The translations under genes and the position numbers were made by a program. A DNA stretch of 64,000 bases from an uncultured Thermodesulfobacteriota bacterium (lineage in GTDB: Bacteria > Desulfobacterota > DSWW01). Positions 9,610 to 17,840 of this stretch are shown piece after piece. Location: NCBI GenBank assembly GCA_964384945.1, contig CAYLMK010000004.1:264109-328108 (forward strand), written 5' to 3'. Below the pieces are notes generated by a model. That model had not been told where the DNA came from. It did not search any database and saw only the letters and a list, made by a program, of their open reading frames with translations. How positions within the stretch are numbered: position 1 is the first letter of the stretch; every line of letters starts with the position of its first letter.

Positions 9610-10410
9610 CTAAATCGAGAAGTAAGGCGTCGTCAGGATGTACTTCACATGGAAGAAGATCCGCAGGATGATCTTGCCCACCACGCCGAACATCAGGAGC
9701 ACGAAGGTCCACGCGACCACGTGCTTGACGACGCCCATCTTCCGAAAGAGCCGCCGGTTCGCCAAGGCCGGCAGCACGAGACCCAGGGCAAAATAGGCCA
9801 CCAGCAGTGCGAGGCCGAACCCCATCGGGAGACTCGTCAGTTCCTGTTCGGCCGTCTTGGGCACGGCCCAGTCCTCCCAGGGCCAGTAGAACTGCCAATT
9901 CGGGCCGCGAAGAAACTGGCCGATGAAGATCAGAACGAACCACATGAGGTATCCGAACAGGAAGAGGGGCACCACGAGGGGCCGCTCGCGGAGGCCGTAC
10001 TTGCCCACGCCCTTGGGGTTCGGATCGAGGTAGGGAAGAAGCGCGAGCCCGAGGATGATGAGCAGCGGCGCGCCTACGCCGGCGATCCAGGGGTCGAAAT
10101 AGACCAGCAAATCCTGAAGGCCCACGAAGTACCAGGGCGCCTTGGCCGGGTTCTCGGTCCAGTTCGGGTCCGCGACGGCCTTGAGCGGGGCGTCGACCTT
10201 GTACGACCAGACGATCAGGACCAGCGTGGCCGCCAGAACGGCGAGGAGCTCCTTGAAGGCGAGGTCCGGGAAGGCGAAAACCTCCTCACTCCGCCCCGCA
10301 TCTTCGCTTGCGTTCTTCTGTCCCATCCGTTTTTCCGATTCAATCGCCGACAACTGAGCGTCCCCCGGCTGTTGGCTTTTGGCTCTGAGCCCGTACCCCC
10401 TCCCCACCAT
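9610..10410 (-). CDS. Cytochrome b C-terminal half (subunit IV/PetD-like) of a split cytochrome b
   Basis: PWYF motif (APWYFVGLQDLL), equivalent to PEWY of PetD. Three transmembrane helices. The start is ambiguous: TTG at 10452 (12 nt after the upstream stop), ATG at 10410, or ATG at 10326. None has a good SD sequence. The middle ATG is reported. Confidence 0.7.
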   Translation of the reverse strand: MVGRGYGLRAKSQQPGDAQLSAIESEKRMGQKNASEDAGRSEEVFAFPDLAFKELLAVLAATLVLIVWSYKVDAPLKAVADPNWTENPAKAPWYFVGLQDLLVYFDPWIAGVGAPLLIILGLALLPYLDPNPKGVGKYGLRERPLVVPLFLFGYLMWFVLIFIGQFLRGPNWQFYWPWEDWAVPKTAEQELTSLPMGFGLALLVAYFALGLVLPALANRRLFRKMGVVKHVVAWTFVLLMFGVVGKIILRIFFHVKYILTTPYFSI

Positions 10411-10464
10411 TCTGCGGGAGGAGGCGGCGGGGAGCTGACTGCTGATAGCCAATGGCTTTTCTTT

Positions 10465-11220
10465 TCACAACGCCCTCGACATGCCTCCGTCCTTTCGCAC
10501 CCTCCAGAAGTGGACGAACATCAGCAGGCCTGCCACGAACGGAAGGAGCACACAGTGAAGCACGTAGAAGCGAAGAAGGGCGCTGGCCCCCACGTCGGAG
10601 TCTCCCAGCAGAAGGAAACGCATATCGTTGTCCGGGTGGATGCCGAACCACTCGTGGAAAGGGCCGTCCGACCCGAGAAAGGGCGTGGCGGCGGCCATCT
10701 TCGTCCCCACCGTGATGGCCCACAGCGCGATCTGATCCCAGGGGAGAAGATAGCCGGTGAAGCTCAACAAGAGCGTAACCACCAGCAGCATGACGCCCAC
10801 CACCCAGTTGAACTCCCGCGGGGGCTTGTACGAGCCGGTCAGAAAGACCCGCAGCATATGCAGCATGACGAGCAAAACCATCGCATGGCCCGCCCACCGG
10901 TGCATGTTCCTCAAGAACATGCCGAACCGAACCGTGTGCTCGAGAAGCTTCATGTCCAGATAGGCGTACTCGGGCACGGGACGGTAATAGAACATGAGGA
11001 GGATGCCGGTCACTGTCTCCGCGAGGAACATGAAGAAGGTCAGCCCCCCGAGACAAAAGGAGTAGCGCAGCCGGAGGGTCTCCCGGGGAAGGGTGACCGG
11101 ATGAAGGTGCAGAATCGAGTTGGAGACGATCGCAAGGGCCCGGTTCCGCGGCGTGTCCTCGAAGCGGTGCCGGAAGATGGATCGCCAAAGCTGCGACTCT
11201 GTGATTCTTTTCCACGCCAT
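10465..11220 (-). CDS. Cytochrome b/b6 N-terminal half (heme b-binding, quinol-interacting)
   Basis: [32 protein letters not shown] is the hallmark cytochrome b N-terminal segment. Conserved His residues in helices B and D. Internal ATG chosen, 11 nt after the upstream stop. Confidence 0.85.
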   Translation of the reverse strand: MAWKRITESQLWRSIFRHRFEDTPRNRALAIVSNSILHLHPVTLPRETLRLRYSFCLGGLTFFMFLAETVTGILLMFYYRPVPEYAYLDMKLLEHTVRFGMFLRNMHRWAGHAMVLLVMLHMLRVFLTGSYKPPREFNWVVGVMLLVVTLLLSFTGYLLPWDQIALWAITVGTKMAAATPFLGSDGPFHEWFGIHPDNDMRFLLLGDSDVGASALLRFYVLHCVLLPFVAGLLMFVHFWRVRKDGGMSRAL

Positions 11221-11231
11221 AACCGCACCGC

Positions 11232-11936
11232 TCAGGCTGTCAGCAGGGTCTGGAGGTAGGCGTACTCCCCGGCGAGGAAGCGGCAGGTGAACTTGACCAG
11301 TTCCCGGTAGAAGAGGATCGCCTCCCGGCACGCATCCTCGGGGAGCCGCTCCACGATCTGCTCCAGCCTCTCCAGGGCCTTGTTCATCCAGAAAAGCGGG
11401 TGCCTCTCCAGGAAGTCCCGCTCGGCACGGCGGTACCCGGCCGGGTCCGAGCCCGTCTGCATGGCCTGGACCTCCTTGAAGGTCAGGTAGTGAAGGAACT
11501 CCATCTCCAGGCAGACGTGATCCGGACGTTCGTCCTGGGCGCCCTCCGCATAGCTCAGCCCGAAGTGGTTGTAAAACAGGATAAGCTCCTTGAGCACGAC
11601 CTTCCGGTCCTCTCTCCAGGCGCCCTCCACCAGCGGGCAAGGCGGGCCGCCCGGCCCGGATTCGAAGAGACGGATGAACTCCACCTCGATCTGCTCATCC
11701 TCGAGCCGGGACGGAAGACGCAGGCCCTTCCGCTCGCCCTCCTCCAGAGAAAACGGATAGGGAAGCCGGGCCAGCAGGATTTCAAGGGCCTCTGCGAGCT
11801 CGCCCTGCCTTGCCTGCCGGCGGAAGGAGGCATCCGGATACCGGTAGGCCTCGGCCAGGATCGCATACAGCCGGCTCCGGTTTCCCGAGCGTTTCTCCGT
11901 GTCGGTCTCGAGCGGTCTGCTCCGGATGTCTTCCAT
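11232..11936 (-). CDS. TorD/NarJ-family redox-enzyme maturation chaperone (delta subunit, EbdD/NarJ-like)
   Basis: [22 protein letters not shown] is the TorD-family core. The ATG at 11936 lies 5 nt after the beta-subunit stop. The remaining upstream part of the ORF is low-complexity. Confidence 0.75.
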   Translation of the reverse strand: MEDIRSRPLETDTEKRSGNRSRLYAILAEAYRYPDASFRRQARQGELAEALEILLARLPYPFSLEEGERKGLRLPSRLEDEQIEVEFIRLFESGPGGPPCPLVEGAWREDRKVVLKELILFYNHFGLSYAEGAQDERPDHVCLEMEFLHYLTFKEVQAMQTGSDPAGYRRAERDFLERHPLFWMNKALERLEQIVERLPEDACREAILFYRELVKFTCRFLAGEYAYLQTLLTA

Positions 11937-11941
11937 GCTGT

Positions 11942-13084
11942 CTACGCCTGGGACGGTTTTGGAGGGAGCCTTTGCAACAGGGCCGGGTCCTTGGTGAAGG
12001 GCTCGAACATCTTGCCCCACTCCCTGGCAATCAGGATGTCCATCAGCTCCGACTTGCCCCCGCCGCGAACCTTCTTCATCTCGCTCTGCATGGTCTCCAG
12101 GGCCCTGTCCACCTCGGGCCCGAAGAGATAACGCAGGTAGGCCGTCGGAATGCGCGGCTTGGTGGTGTCGATCTTCCCGGTCTCGTCGAGCCTCGGCGGA
12201 GCCAGAGGAGGAACGTAAAACACATTCGGTTCGGTTCCGTATTCCGGGTGGAGGGGCAGCGCGACCTTCCAAACCTTCACGAGTTTGTGGATCGGCCCTT
12301 TTTCATCGTCCAGGAAGCCAAGGAACCGTACGCGGCCCGTGCACTGCCTGGCGCAGGCGGTTGCCACCTCCTGCTCGAGACGCGGGTAACAGAAGATGCA
12401 CTTCATGCTCGTCTTCGTGACGAAGTTGAAATAGATCACCTTGTACGGGCAGGCCTCCAGGCAGAACCGGTAGCCCTTGCACCGGTCCTGGTCGATCACG
12501 ACCGCGCCGTCCTCTTCCCGCTTGTAGATCGCGTTGCGCGGACAGGCATCGATGCAGGCCGCGTATGTGCAGTGGTTGCAGATGCGGGGAAGGTAGAAGT
12601 AGAAGGCGTTCGGGTATTTCCCGCCTCCCTGGTCCTCATCCCAGTTCATGGACCAGTCCGGCTCCGTTCCGTCCGGGTTGCGGGCCTGCAGGTGCTTCTC
12701 TCCCGCCTGGGAGGAGAATACCTCCTCATAGTTGAATTTCCAGAGATCCCCGAAGTCCTTCCGCGTGGGCAGCTCCCCGCGCACCGGGTCCCTGACCTTC
12801 CCGCCGAAGAGCACCTGGTACCCGCCGCCCTTGCGCTCCCAGTCCTTGGGAGACCCTTTCCCGGGCTGTGTGTTCACTTTGTTCCACCACATGTATTCCC
12901 GACCCTCAAGCTGGGTCCAGAGGGACTTGCACGCCATCGAGCAGAGCTGGCATCCGATGCATTTGTTCAGGTCCATCACCATGGCAACCTGGCGCTTGCA
13001 CTCGCGCAGCGTCTCCTTGGCGGCCTGAAACTCCAGGGCGAGTTCCTTTTCCCGTTCGGTCAGCTGTTTCTCGTCAACCGGCAT
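11942..13084 (-). CDS. Type II DMSO-reductase-family molybdoenzyme beta subunit (NarH/EbdB-like, 4 Fe-S clusters)
   Basis: RBS AGGAGAAG upstream of the ATG at 13084. Motifs: VMDLNKCIGCQLCSMACK, EYMWWNKV, CNHCTYAACIDACP, CKGYRFCLEACP, CIFCYPRLEQEVATACARQC. Confidence 0.9.
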   Translation of the reverse strand: MPVDEKQLTEREKELALEFQAAKETLRECKRQVAMVMDLNKCIGCQLCSMACKSLWTQLEGREYMWWNKVNTQPGKGSPKDWERKGGGYQVLFGGKVRDPVRGELPTRKDFGDLWKFNYEEVFSSQAGEKHLQARNPDGTEPDWSMNWDEDQGGGKYPNAFYFYLPRICNHCTYAACIDACPRNAIYKREEDGAVVIDQDRCKGYRFCLEACPYKVIYFNFVTKTSMKCIFCYPRLEQEVATACARQCTGRVRFLGFLDDEKGPIHKLVKVWKVALPLHPEYGTEPNVFYVPPLAPPRLDETGKIDTTKPRIPTAYLRYLFGPEVDRALETMQSEMKKVRGGGKSELMDILIAREWGKMFEPFTKDPALLQRLPPKPSQA

Positions 13085-13146
13085 GGTTCTTCTCCTGTCC
13101 CAGGCTGCGCGACCTTCCCGGAGGTCCCGCTTCGGGTTTGAATGCC

Positions 13147-13830
13147 TCAAACTTCCACCACGAGCCCCATCCACTCCTTGCTGAACGCCTTGACCCCTCC
13201 CCGTTCTCCGTTGGCGCCCTCCCAGGCGGCAAAACCGACCGTGAGGTCCTTCGCGCCCGGTTGGAGATTCACGGCCTCTTCGGCGACCGTGAGCGGGCGT
13301 CCGATGATCACGCACCACTTGCCCTGCTTCCAGTCCGAACAGGAGACGAGCGACGACTGGTCGGTGTAGAGGGAGGTCGCGAGCCCCCGGGCCACCTGGT
13401 TCTTGGGCTTCTCCTTGAAATCGGGCCTCCAGTACCAGCTGTTCGTGGGGTAGTCGTGGGAGCCCATCTCCTTGATCTGGGTCTTCTCCGGGTCCTTGAA
13501 GGGGAGCAGCACGGCGACGCCGTCCGGGAAGGTGCCGATGTCGCCGATCTCGAGGTTGGGCGCCTGGCTGTTCCATTCGATGTGGAAGAAGATCTCCTTC
13601 CCGTTGTGCACCGCCTTCACCTCGATCTCCTTGACCGCGCCGATCTTGGTCTCGTCAAAGGTTGCCTTGATATACGGCGAGGGCTGGTTGGCCAGGGGTG
13701 TCGCGCCCATCTCGATCCGATGTCCGTTCATGCCGGCCCAAACCGGAGCCTTGCAGTTCAGAAGCTCCTGGTGGGAAGCGGACACCTTCCTGACGATCAC
13801 GCTTTCCAACTTCTTTGCTTCCTCCGGCAT
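13147..13830 (-). CDS. Putative gamma subunit (EbdC/DdhC-like EB_dh heme-b domain protein), 227 aa, no obvious signal peptide
   Basis: Strong RBS AAGGAGG 8 nt upstream of the ATG at 13830 (MPEEAKK). Resembles ethylbenzene dehydrogenase gamma from memory (APVWAG, AVHNGKEIFFHIEW, NSWYWRPD, GANGERGGVKAFS). The ORF-track GTG start at 13914 is not favoured. Confidence 0.65.
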   Translation of the reverse strand: MPEEAKKLESVIVRKVSASHQELLNCKAPVWAGMNGHRIEMGATPLANQPSPYIKATFDETKIGAVKEIEVKAVHNGKEIFFHIEWNSQAPNLEIGDIGTFPDGVAVLLPFKDPEKTQIKEMGSHDYPTNSWYWRPDFKEKPKNQVARGLATSLYTDQSSLVSCSDWKQGKWCVIIGRPLTVAEEAVNLQPGAKDLTVGFAAWEGANGERGGVKAFSKEWMGLVVEV

Positions 13831-13935
13831 TTCCGATGCCTCCTTTCGTGAGTCTATGATCTGTAAGCTGTTAGCCATTAGCTGTTGGCCCACCCCGCAC
13901 CCTGGTGCCGTCACTCTTTCGGAGACCGGAGGCCG

Positions 13936-14026
13936 GGCCTGACCCGTGACCCCTGTCCTTTCGCCCTTCGCCTTAACTTGATAATTGCGACCTGATCCCT
14001 GACCCCTGGGCCCTGATCCCTCAACC
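13936..14026. repeat. Two blocks of tandem heptamer repeats (CCTGAYC on plus strand, GGGRTCA on minus strand) between the alpha and gamma genes
   Basis: cctgacccgtgacccctgtcc and cctgatccctgacccctgggccctgatccctcaacc. The same heptamer family occurs at 27401-27423 and 59256-59285. Confidence 0.6.
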
Positions 14027-14029
14027 TTG

Positions 14030-16942
14030 CTACGTCTTCTTCACCTCCACGGCAATCGCGCGGTCGACCGGCTGCAGACACCAGTTCCACCGGTAGTAGT
14101 TCAGGTGACCGTATCCGGCTGCCAGATCCAGCCACTTGATCATCCCCGGGATGGCCGTGTCATAGCTCTTCCACTCCTTGAACATGAAGGGCTCCCAGGC
14201 ATGGTAGATGATTACCTGTCCGGGAGAGGTCCCCTTGCCGGGCCGGGCCGCCGGGCTCACCTTCACATGGATCCGGAACTCGTCGAAGTCGTTCCAGACC
14301 CTCACCAGATCCCCGTCCCGGATTCCCCGCTTTTCGGCATCCTCGGGATTCATGAACATGAACGGCCGCCCCTGATGGGTCCGCATGAGCTGCTCGTCCG
14401 TGATCCAGATGGAATGCACGCTCCAGCGCAGATGCCCGCTGGTCAGGGTCAGGGGATAGTTCCCTCCCATCTTCGGGTTGGGCTTGTGCACGGGCATCTG
14501 TTCGCCGGCCTCGAGGTGCCACGGGTGATCCAGGTAGAATTGCAGCCGCCGGTTGTAGGTGGGATAGGGGAGCTTCTTCGAGCCCGTGTGCCAGGTAAGC
14601 GGCACGATCGGCTCGTCGGGCTTGATGTCTGTGGCCAGGTGCATGGTGATCGGATCGAAGATCGACAGCCCGACAAAACGAACGATGCCCTCTTCGCGCA
14701 TCTTTGCCAGATTGGTTCCTTGCGGAAGGTTGCCCATCATCACGCTCGTCTCCAGGGCGTCTTCCATGATCTCTTCCAGGTTGCTGCAGCCCATGGCCTG
14801 CTTCTCTCGCAGGTTCTCGAGATCGACCTTTCGGCCGCTTCGAAGCTGGAACTCGGTCTTGCCCCTCTTCCGGGCCTCCTGTTCGATCTTGCCGGCGAGC
14901 ATCACGCAGATCTCCCACTCGTTCTTGGCCTCGCCGGGAGGCTCGACCGCCTTGTCCGTCAGCGTCAGCCAGGGAACATGGGGCGTGGGAAAGCGGGTGT
15001 CGAGCTTTTCGTAGAAGCCGGCGCAGGGCAACACGTAGTCGGAGTAGAGAACCGTCGTGCTCCAGCGGGTCTCGAAACCGAAGACGAGCTTGTACTTCTT
15101 CCAGAGGCTGGGCAGTATGTTCTTGTTCCAGCCCCGGTTTTTCCGCGCAGGGCTGGTGCCGATGTAGAAATAGACCGTGGGCTCCTGGTCCGCATAGGGC
15201 AGGGCAAAGCCCTCCCACCACTTTTTTTCCAGGGCCTCCTTCATGTACTCCGGGAATTCGCGCTTCATGGTGGGGCAGTGCCATTCCCTCCTGTCCCAGG
15301 CATCCTTGTACCCGGAATGGAAATAGTAGAGGAAGGCCGGCGGAACCATCGTGTATTCCGTACGGTTTCGCTCCCGCTCGAGCAGCACCGAGAGCATCTC
15401 GTCCGTCCGGGTCGGGTCTTCCGCCTTGAACCGGTTCACGATCCGCTTCTCCTGGGCCAGCCGGAGAGTCGCGCCCAGGGGTCCCCTCTTGGACTTGATG
15501 GCCTGGAAGAGGGCCCCCTCGAACAGGGATTCGTTCCAGCCCCGGATCCCGCTTCCCTTCCTTCCGTAACTGCCGGTCAGGGCCAGAAGAAGGCACATGG
15601 CCCGCTCGATCAGATCTCCATGATAGTACTTGCACGCGTTCCATCCCACCAGCACCTGGATGTGAGGCTTGGCCTTGGCGCACTTCTCGGCAAGGCGGCG
15701 GATCGTGTCCGGGTGGGTTGCACAGTGCGGGGAGGCCTTCTCGGGCGTGTAGTGCCGGTCGAGCTGCTCCTTCAGGAGCGCGAAGGACGGCCGCACCTCG
15801 GCCTGCCCGCCGTCAAGCAGCTTCACGATGAAGGTCCCCTCCAGGGCCGGGTCCACGGGCAGCTTGAGCGTGTCCAGCGGGGCCTTTACGGGGCCCCCTT
15901 TGGCCGCATCCCAAAAATAGAACTGGTCGTCCCGTCCGCCCTGCTCCAGATCCGCAACCCGGAGAAACCGGCCCGTGTCCGTTCGGACCAGCAGGGGAAG
16001 ATCGGTCTGCTCTTTGATGAAGGGGATGTCGATCCAGCCTTTCTCGATCAGCACCTGGCAGACGGCGAGCCCGAGGGCCGCGTCCCCGCCCGGCTCCACG
16101 GGCACCCACTCGTCGGCGTGCATCGCGCTCGGCGAGTAGTCCGGCGCGATCGTCACCACCTCGGCGCCGTTGTACCGCGAAGAGGCGATGAAGTGATAGG
16201 AGGGGATCCGGGTGTAGACCGGGTTCATGTGCCAGATGAGCAGCAGCTTTCCAAAGAACCAGCCGTCCACGGAGTCCATGAACTGAAACTTGCCCACGCT
16301 CTGGTAGATCCCGCGGTTGAAGTCCCCGATCGTGGAGTCCAGATCCAGGGAGGTGCCGCCGAGAAAGTTGAGCAGCCGCGAGGCAGGGATCAGATTCAGG
16401 TATCCTCCGTTTCCCGGGCCTGTCTCGTTGATGATCGACTCGGGGCCCTGGGACTCCAGGCCGTCGAGGATCCCGGAGGCGATCTCGGAGAGGCACTCGT
16501 CCCAGCTCAGCCTCTTCCACTTCCCGCTGCCGCGCTCGCCCACCCGCTTCATCGGGTACTTGAGCCGGTCCGGGTTGTACATCATGTGGCTGTAGAAGGC
16601 CCCCTTCTGGCACCCCCGGGGGTTGAAGTCCGGGCCGGTCGGGTCCACCACCGGGTACTTGGCCGCCTGCTCCTCCCGGAAGACCACCCCGTCCTTTGTG
16701 TAGACGCGCCAGAGGCAGTTTCCCGGGTAACAGTCCACCAGGTGCGTCCCGTACGTCACCTTGTCCCAGGTCCATTCCTTCCTGTGCAGGTCTTCCCACC
16801 TGGCGTAGTCCCACTCCTGGACGACCTTCTCCGTGGCGCAAGCATTGCCCCCCAGGAAACCCAAGGATCGCAAGGAGAGCATCAGCGCGGAAGCGCCCGA
16901 AACCTGAAGAAACTGTCTCCGGTCAAGCTTGATCCCCTCCAT
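14030..16942 (-). CDS. Type II DMSO-reductase-family molybdopterin oxidoreductase alpha subunit, Tat-exported (NarG/EbdA/NxrA-like)
   Basis: RBS AGGAGG upstream of the ATG at 16942. Twin-arginine signal MEGIKLDRRQFLQVSGASALM. FS0 motif HLVDCYPGNCLWRVY...PRGCQKG (H-x3-C-x3-C-xn-C). RLKYPMKR as in NarG. Its ATG overlaps the ferredoxin stop (TGATG). Confidence 0.9.
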   Translation of the reverse strand: MEGIKLDRRQFLQVSGASALMLSLRSLGFLGGNACATEKVVQEWDYARWEDLHRKEWTWDKVTYGTHLVDCYPGNCLWRVYTKDGVVFREEQAAKYPVVDPTGPDFNPRGCQKGAFYSHMMYNPDRLKYPMKRVGERGSGKWKRLSWDECLSEIASGILDGLESQGPESIINETGPGNGGYLNLIPASRLLNFLGGTSLDLDSTIGDFNRGIYQSVGKFQFMDSVDGWFFGKLLLIWHMNPVYTRIPSYHFIASSRYNGAEVVTIAPDYSPSAMHADEWVPVEPGGDAALGLAVCQVLIEKGWIDIPFIKEQTDLPLLVRTDTGRFLRVADLEQGGRDDQFYFWDAAKGGPVKAPLDTLKLPVDPALEGTFIVKLLDGGQAEVRPSFALLKEQLDRHYTPEKASPHCATHPDTIRRLAEKCAKAKPHIQVLVGWNACKYYHGDLIERAMCLLLALTGSYGRKGSGIRGWNESLFEGALFQAIKSKRGPLGATLRLAQEKRIVNRFKAEDPTRTDEMLSVLLERERNRTEYTMVPPAFLYYFHSGYKDAWDRREWHCPTMKREFPEYMKEALEKKWWEGFALPYADQEPTVYFYIGTSPARKNRGWNKNILPSLWKKYKLVFGFETRWSTTVLYSDYVLPCAGFYEKLDTRFPTPHVPWLTLTDKAVEPPGEAKNEWEICVMLAGKIEQEARKRGKTEFQLRSGRKVDLENLREKQAMGCSNLEEIMEDALETSVMMGNLPQGTNLAKMREEGIVRFVGLSIFDPITMHLATDIKPDEPIVPLTWHTGSKKLPYPTYNRRLQFYLDHPWHLEAGEQMPVHKPNPKMGGNYPLTLTSGHLRWSVHSIWITDEQLMRTHQGRPFMFMNPEDAEKRGIRDGDLVRVWNDFDEFRIHVKVSPAARPGKGTSPGQVIIYHAWEPFMFKEWKSYDTAIPGMIKWLDLAAGYGHLNYYRWNWCLQPVDRAIAVEVKKT

Positions 16943-17226
16943 CAAGGCCCTCCTTTCCCGGTGGTTGCGGCCCGAATCGGCCCCTCGGCCCTCACCAGGC
17001 GAATGGCGTCCCAGGGGCACCCGAAGATGCGGGATCCCCTGGGGCCCCGCGCCACACAAGCGCCGCAGCCCGTGCAGAGGGCCGGATCCGCCTCCACCCT
17101 CTTGAATGGAAAATGATCCGCGTCCTCGATCAGCCGAAGGGCTCCTTGGGGGCAGTAGATCCGGCAGACGGGCCTGCCCCCGCAGCCCGTGCATCCCTCC
17201 GAGACGAAAGCTACCCGCGTCTGCAT
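16942..17226 (-). CDS. 2x[4Fe-4S] ferredoxin
   Basis: CTGCGGRPVCRIYCP and CTGCGACV...GCPWDAI are two CxxCxxC...CP cluster motifs. Its stop overlaps the alpha-subunit start. Confidence 0.8.
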   Translation of the reverse strand: MQTRVAFVSEGCTGCGGRPVCRIYCPQGALRLIEDADHFPFKRVEADPALCTGCGACVARGPRGSRIFGCPWDAIRLVRAEGPIRAATTGKGGP

Positions 17227-17249
17227 CCCAGGCCCCTGTCCTGCGCCGC

Positions 17250-17840
17250 CTACGTCAGCTCGATGTAGGCCTTCTTCTGTTCGAATTCGCGGGCCGTCAG
17301 CACGACCCGTGTGTCCACCAGGATTCTCTCTTCACTGTCCAGGCTGATCTTCAGGCGGTCCAGCGGACGGGGCGCCGGGCCCGCGAACTCCGTTCCGTCG
17401 GAATGAAACTCGCTGCCGTGGCAGGGACACTTGAAGATTCGCATTCCGGGAAACCAGTTGACCGTGCAGCCGAGATGGGTGCATCGGGCGAACAGCGCAT
17501 AAATCCTTCGGGCCTCGCGCACGACGAAGAAGCGGTGCGCCTGTTTGAAGCGGCTGTCGATGGAGATCACCCCATGGGCATCGGCAGGCTCGGTGGAGAG
17601 GAAATCCTCGATCCGGCCGATCTCGAAGACGCTGGGAGGATGGAAGACCACGGAAGGGAAGAAGAACCGGACGGTCTGGTAGGTCCCGGCGCCGATTCCG
17701 ACGGCAAGGGCGCCCCATCCCGCGACCGAAATCCCCTTCTGAAGAAATTCCCTGCGGGAGGACGCCCCGGCCTTTCCCGTCGGTTCGGGTGCGGGTTCCG
17801 TAACCATCTCGGGCTGGAGGAAAGAGGACCCTTTGCTCAT
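17250..17840 (-). CDS. Rieske [2Fe-2S] iron-sulfur protein, Tat-exported
   Basis: RBS AGGAG upstream of the ATG at 17840. Tat motif SRREFLQKG. Rieske boxes CTHLGC and CPCHGS. Its ATG overlaps the MerR stop (ATGA). Confidence 0.85.
   Translation of the reverse strand: MSKGSSFLQPEMVTEPAPEPTGKAGASSRREFLQKGISVAGWGALAVGIGAGTYQTVRFFFPSVVFHPPSVFEIGRIEDFLSTEPADAHGVISIDSRFKQAHRFFVVREARRIYALFARCTHLGCTVNWFPGMRIFKCPCHGSEFHSDGTEFAGPAPRPLDRLKISLDSEERILVDTRVVLTAREFEQKKAYIELT

Noticed and set aside
7681-11259. 1192-aa plus-strand ORF spanning the cytochrome c and cytochrome b genes
   Set aside because: Antisense to three well-supported genes (CxxCH motifs, cytochrome b signatures). Low-complexity R/G/P/H-rich translation.
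14027-17116. 1029-aa plus-strand ORF opposite the molybdoenzyme alpha subunit
   Set aside because: Antisense artefact. The minus-strand frame carries the Tat signal and NarG-like FS0 and Mo-domain motifs.
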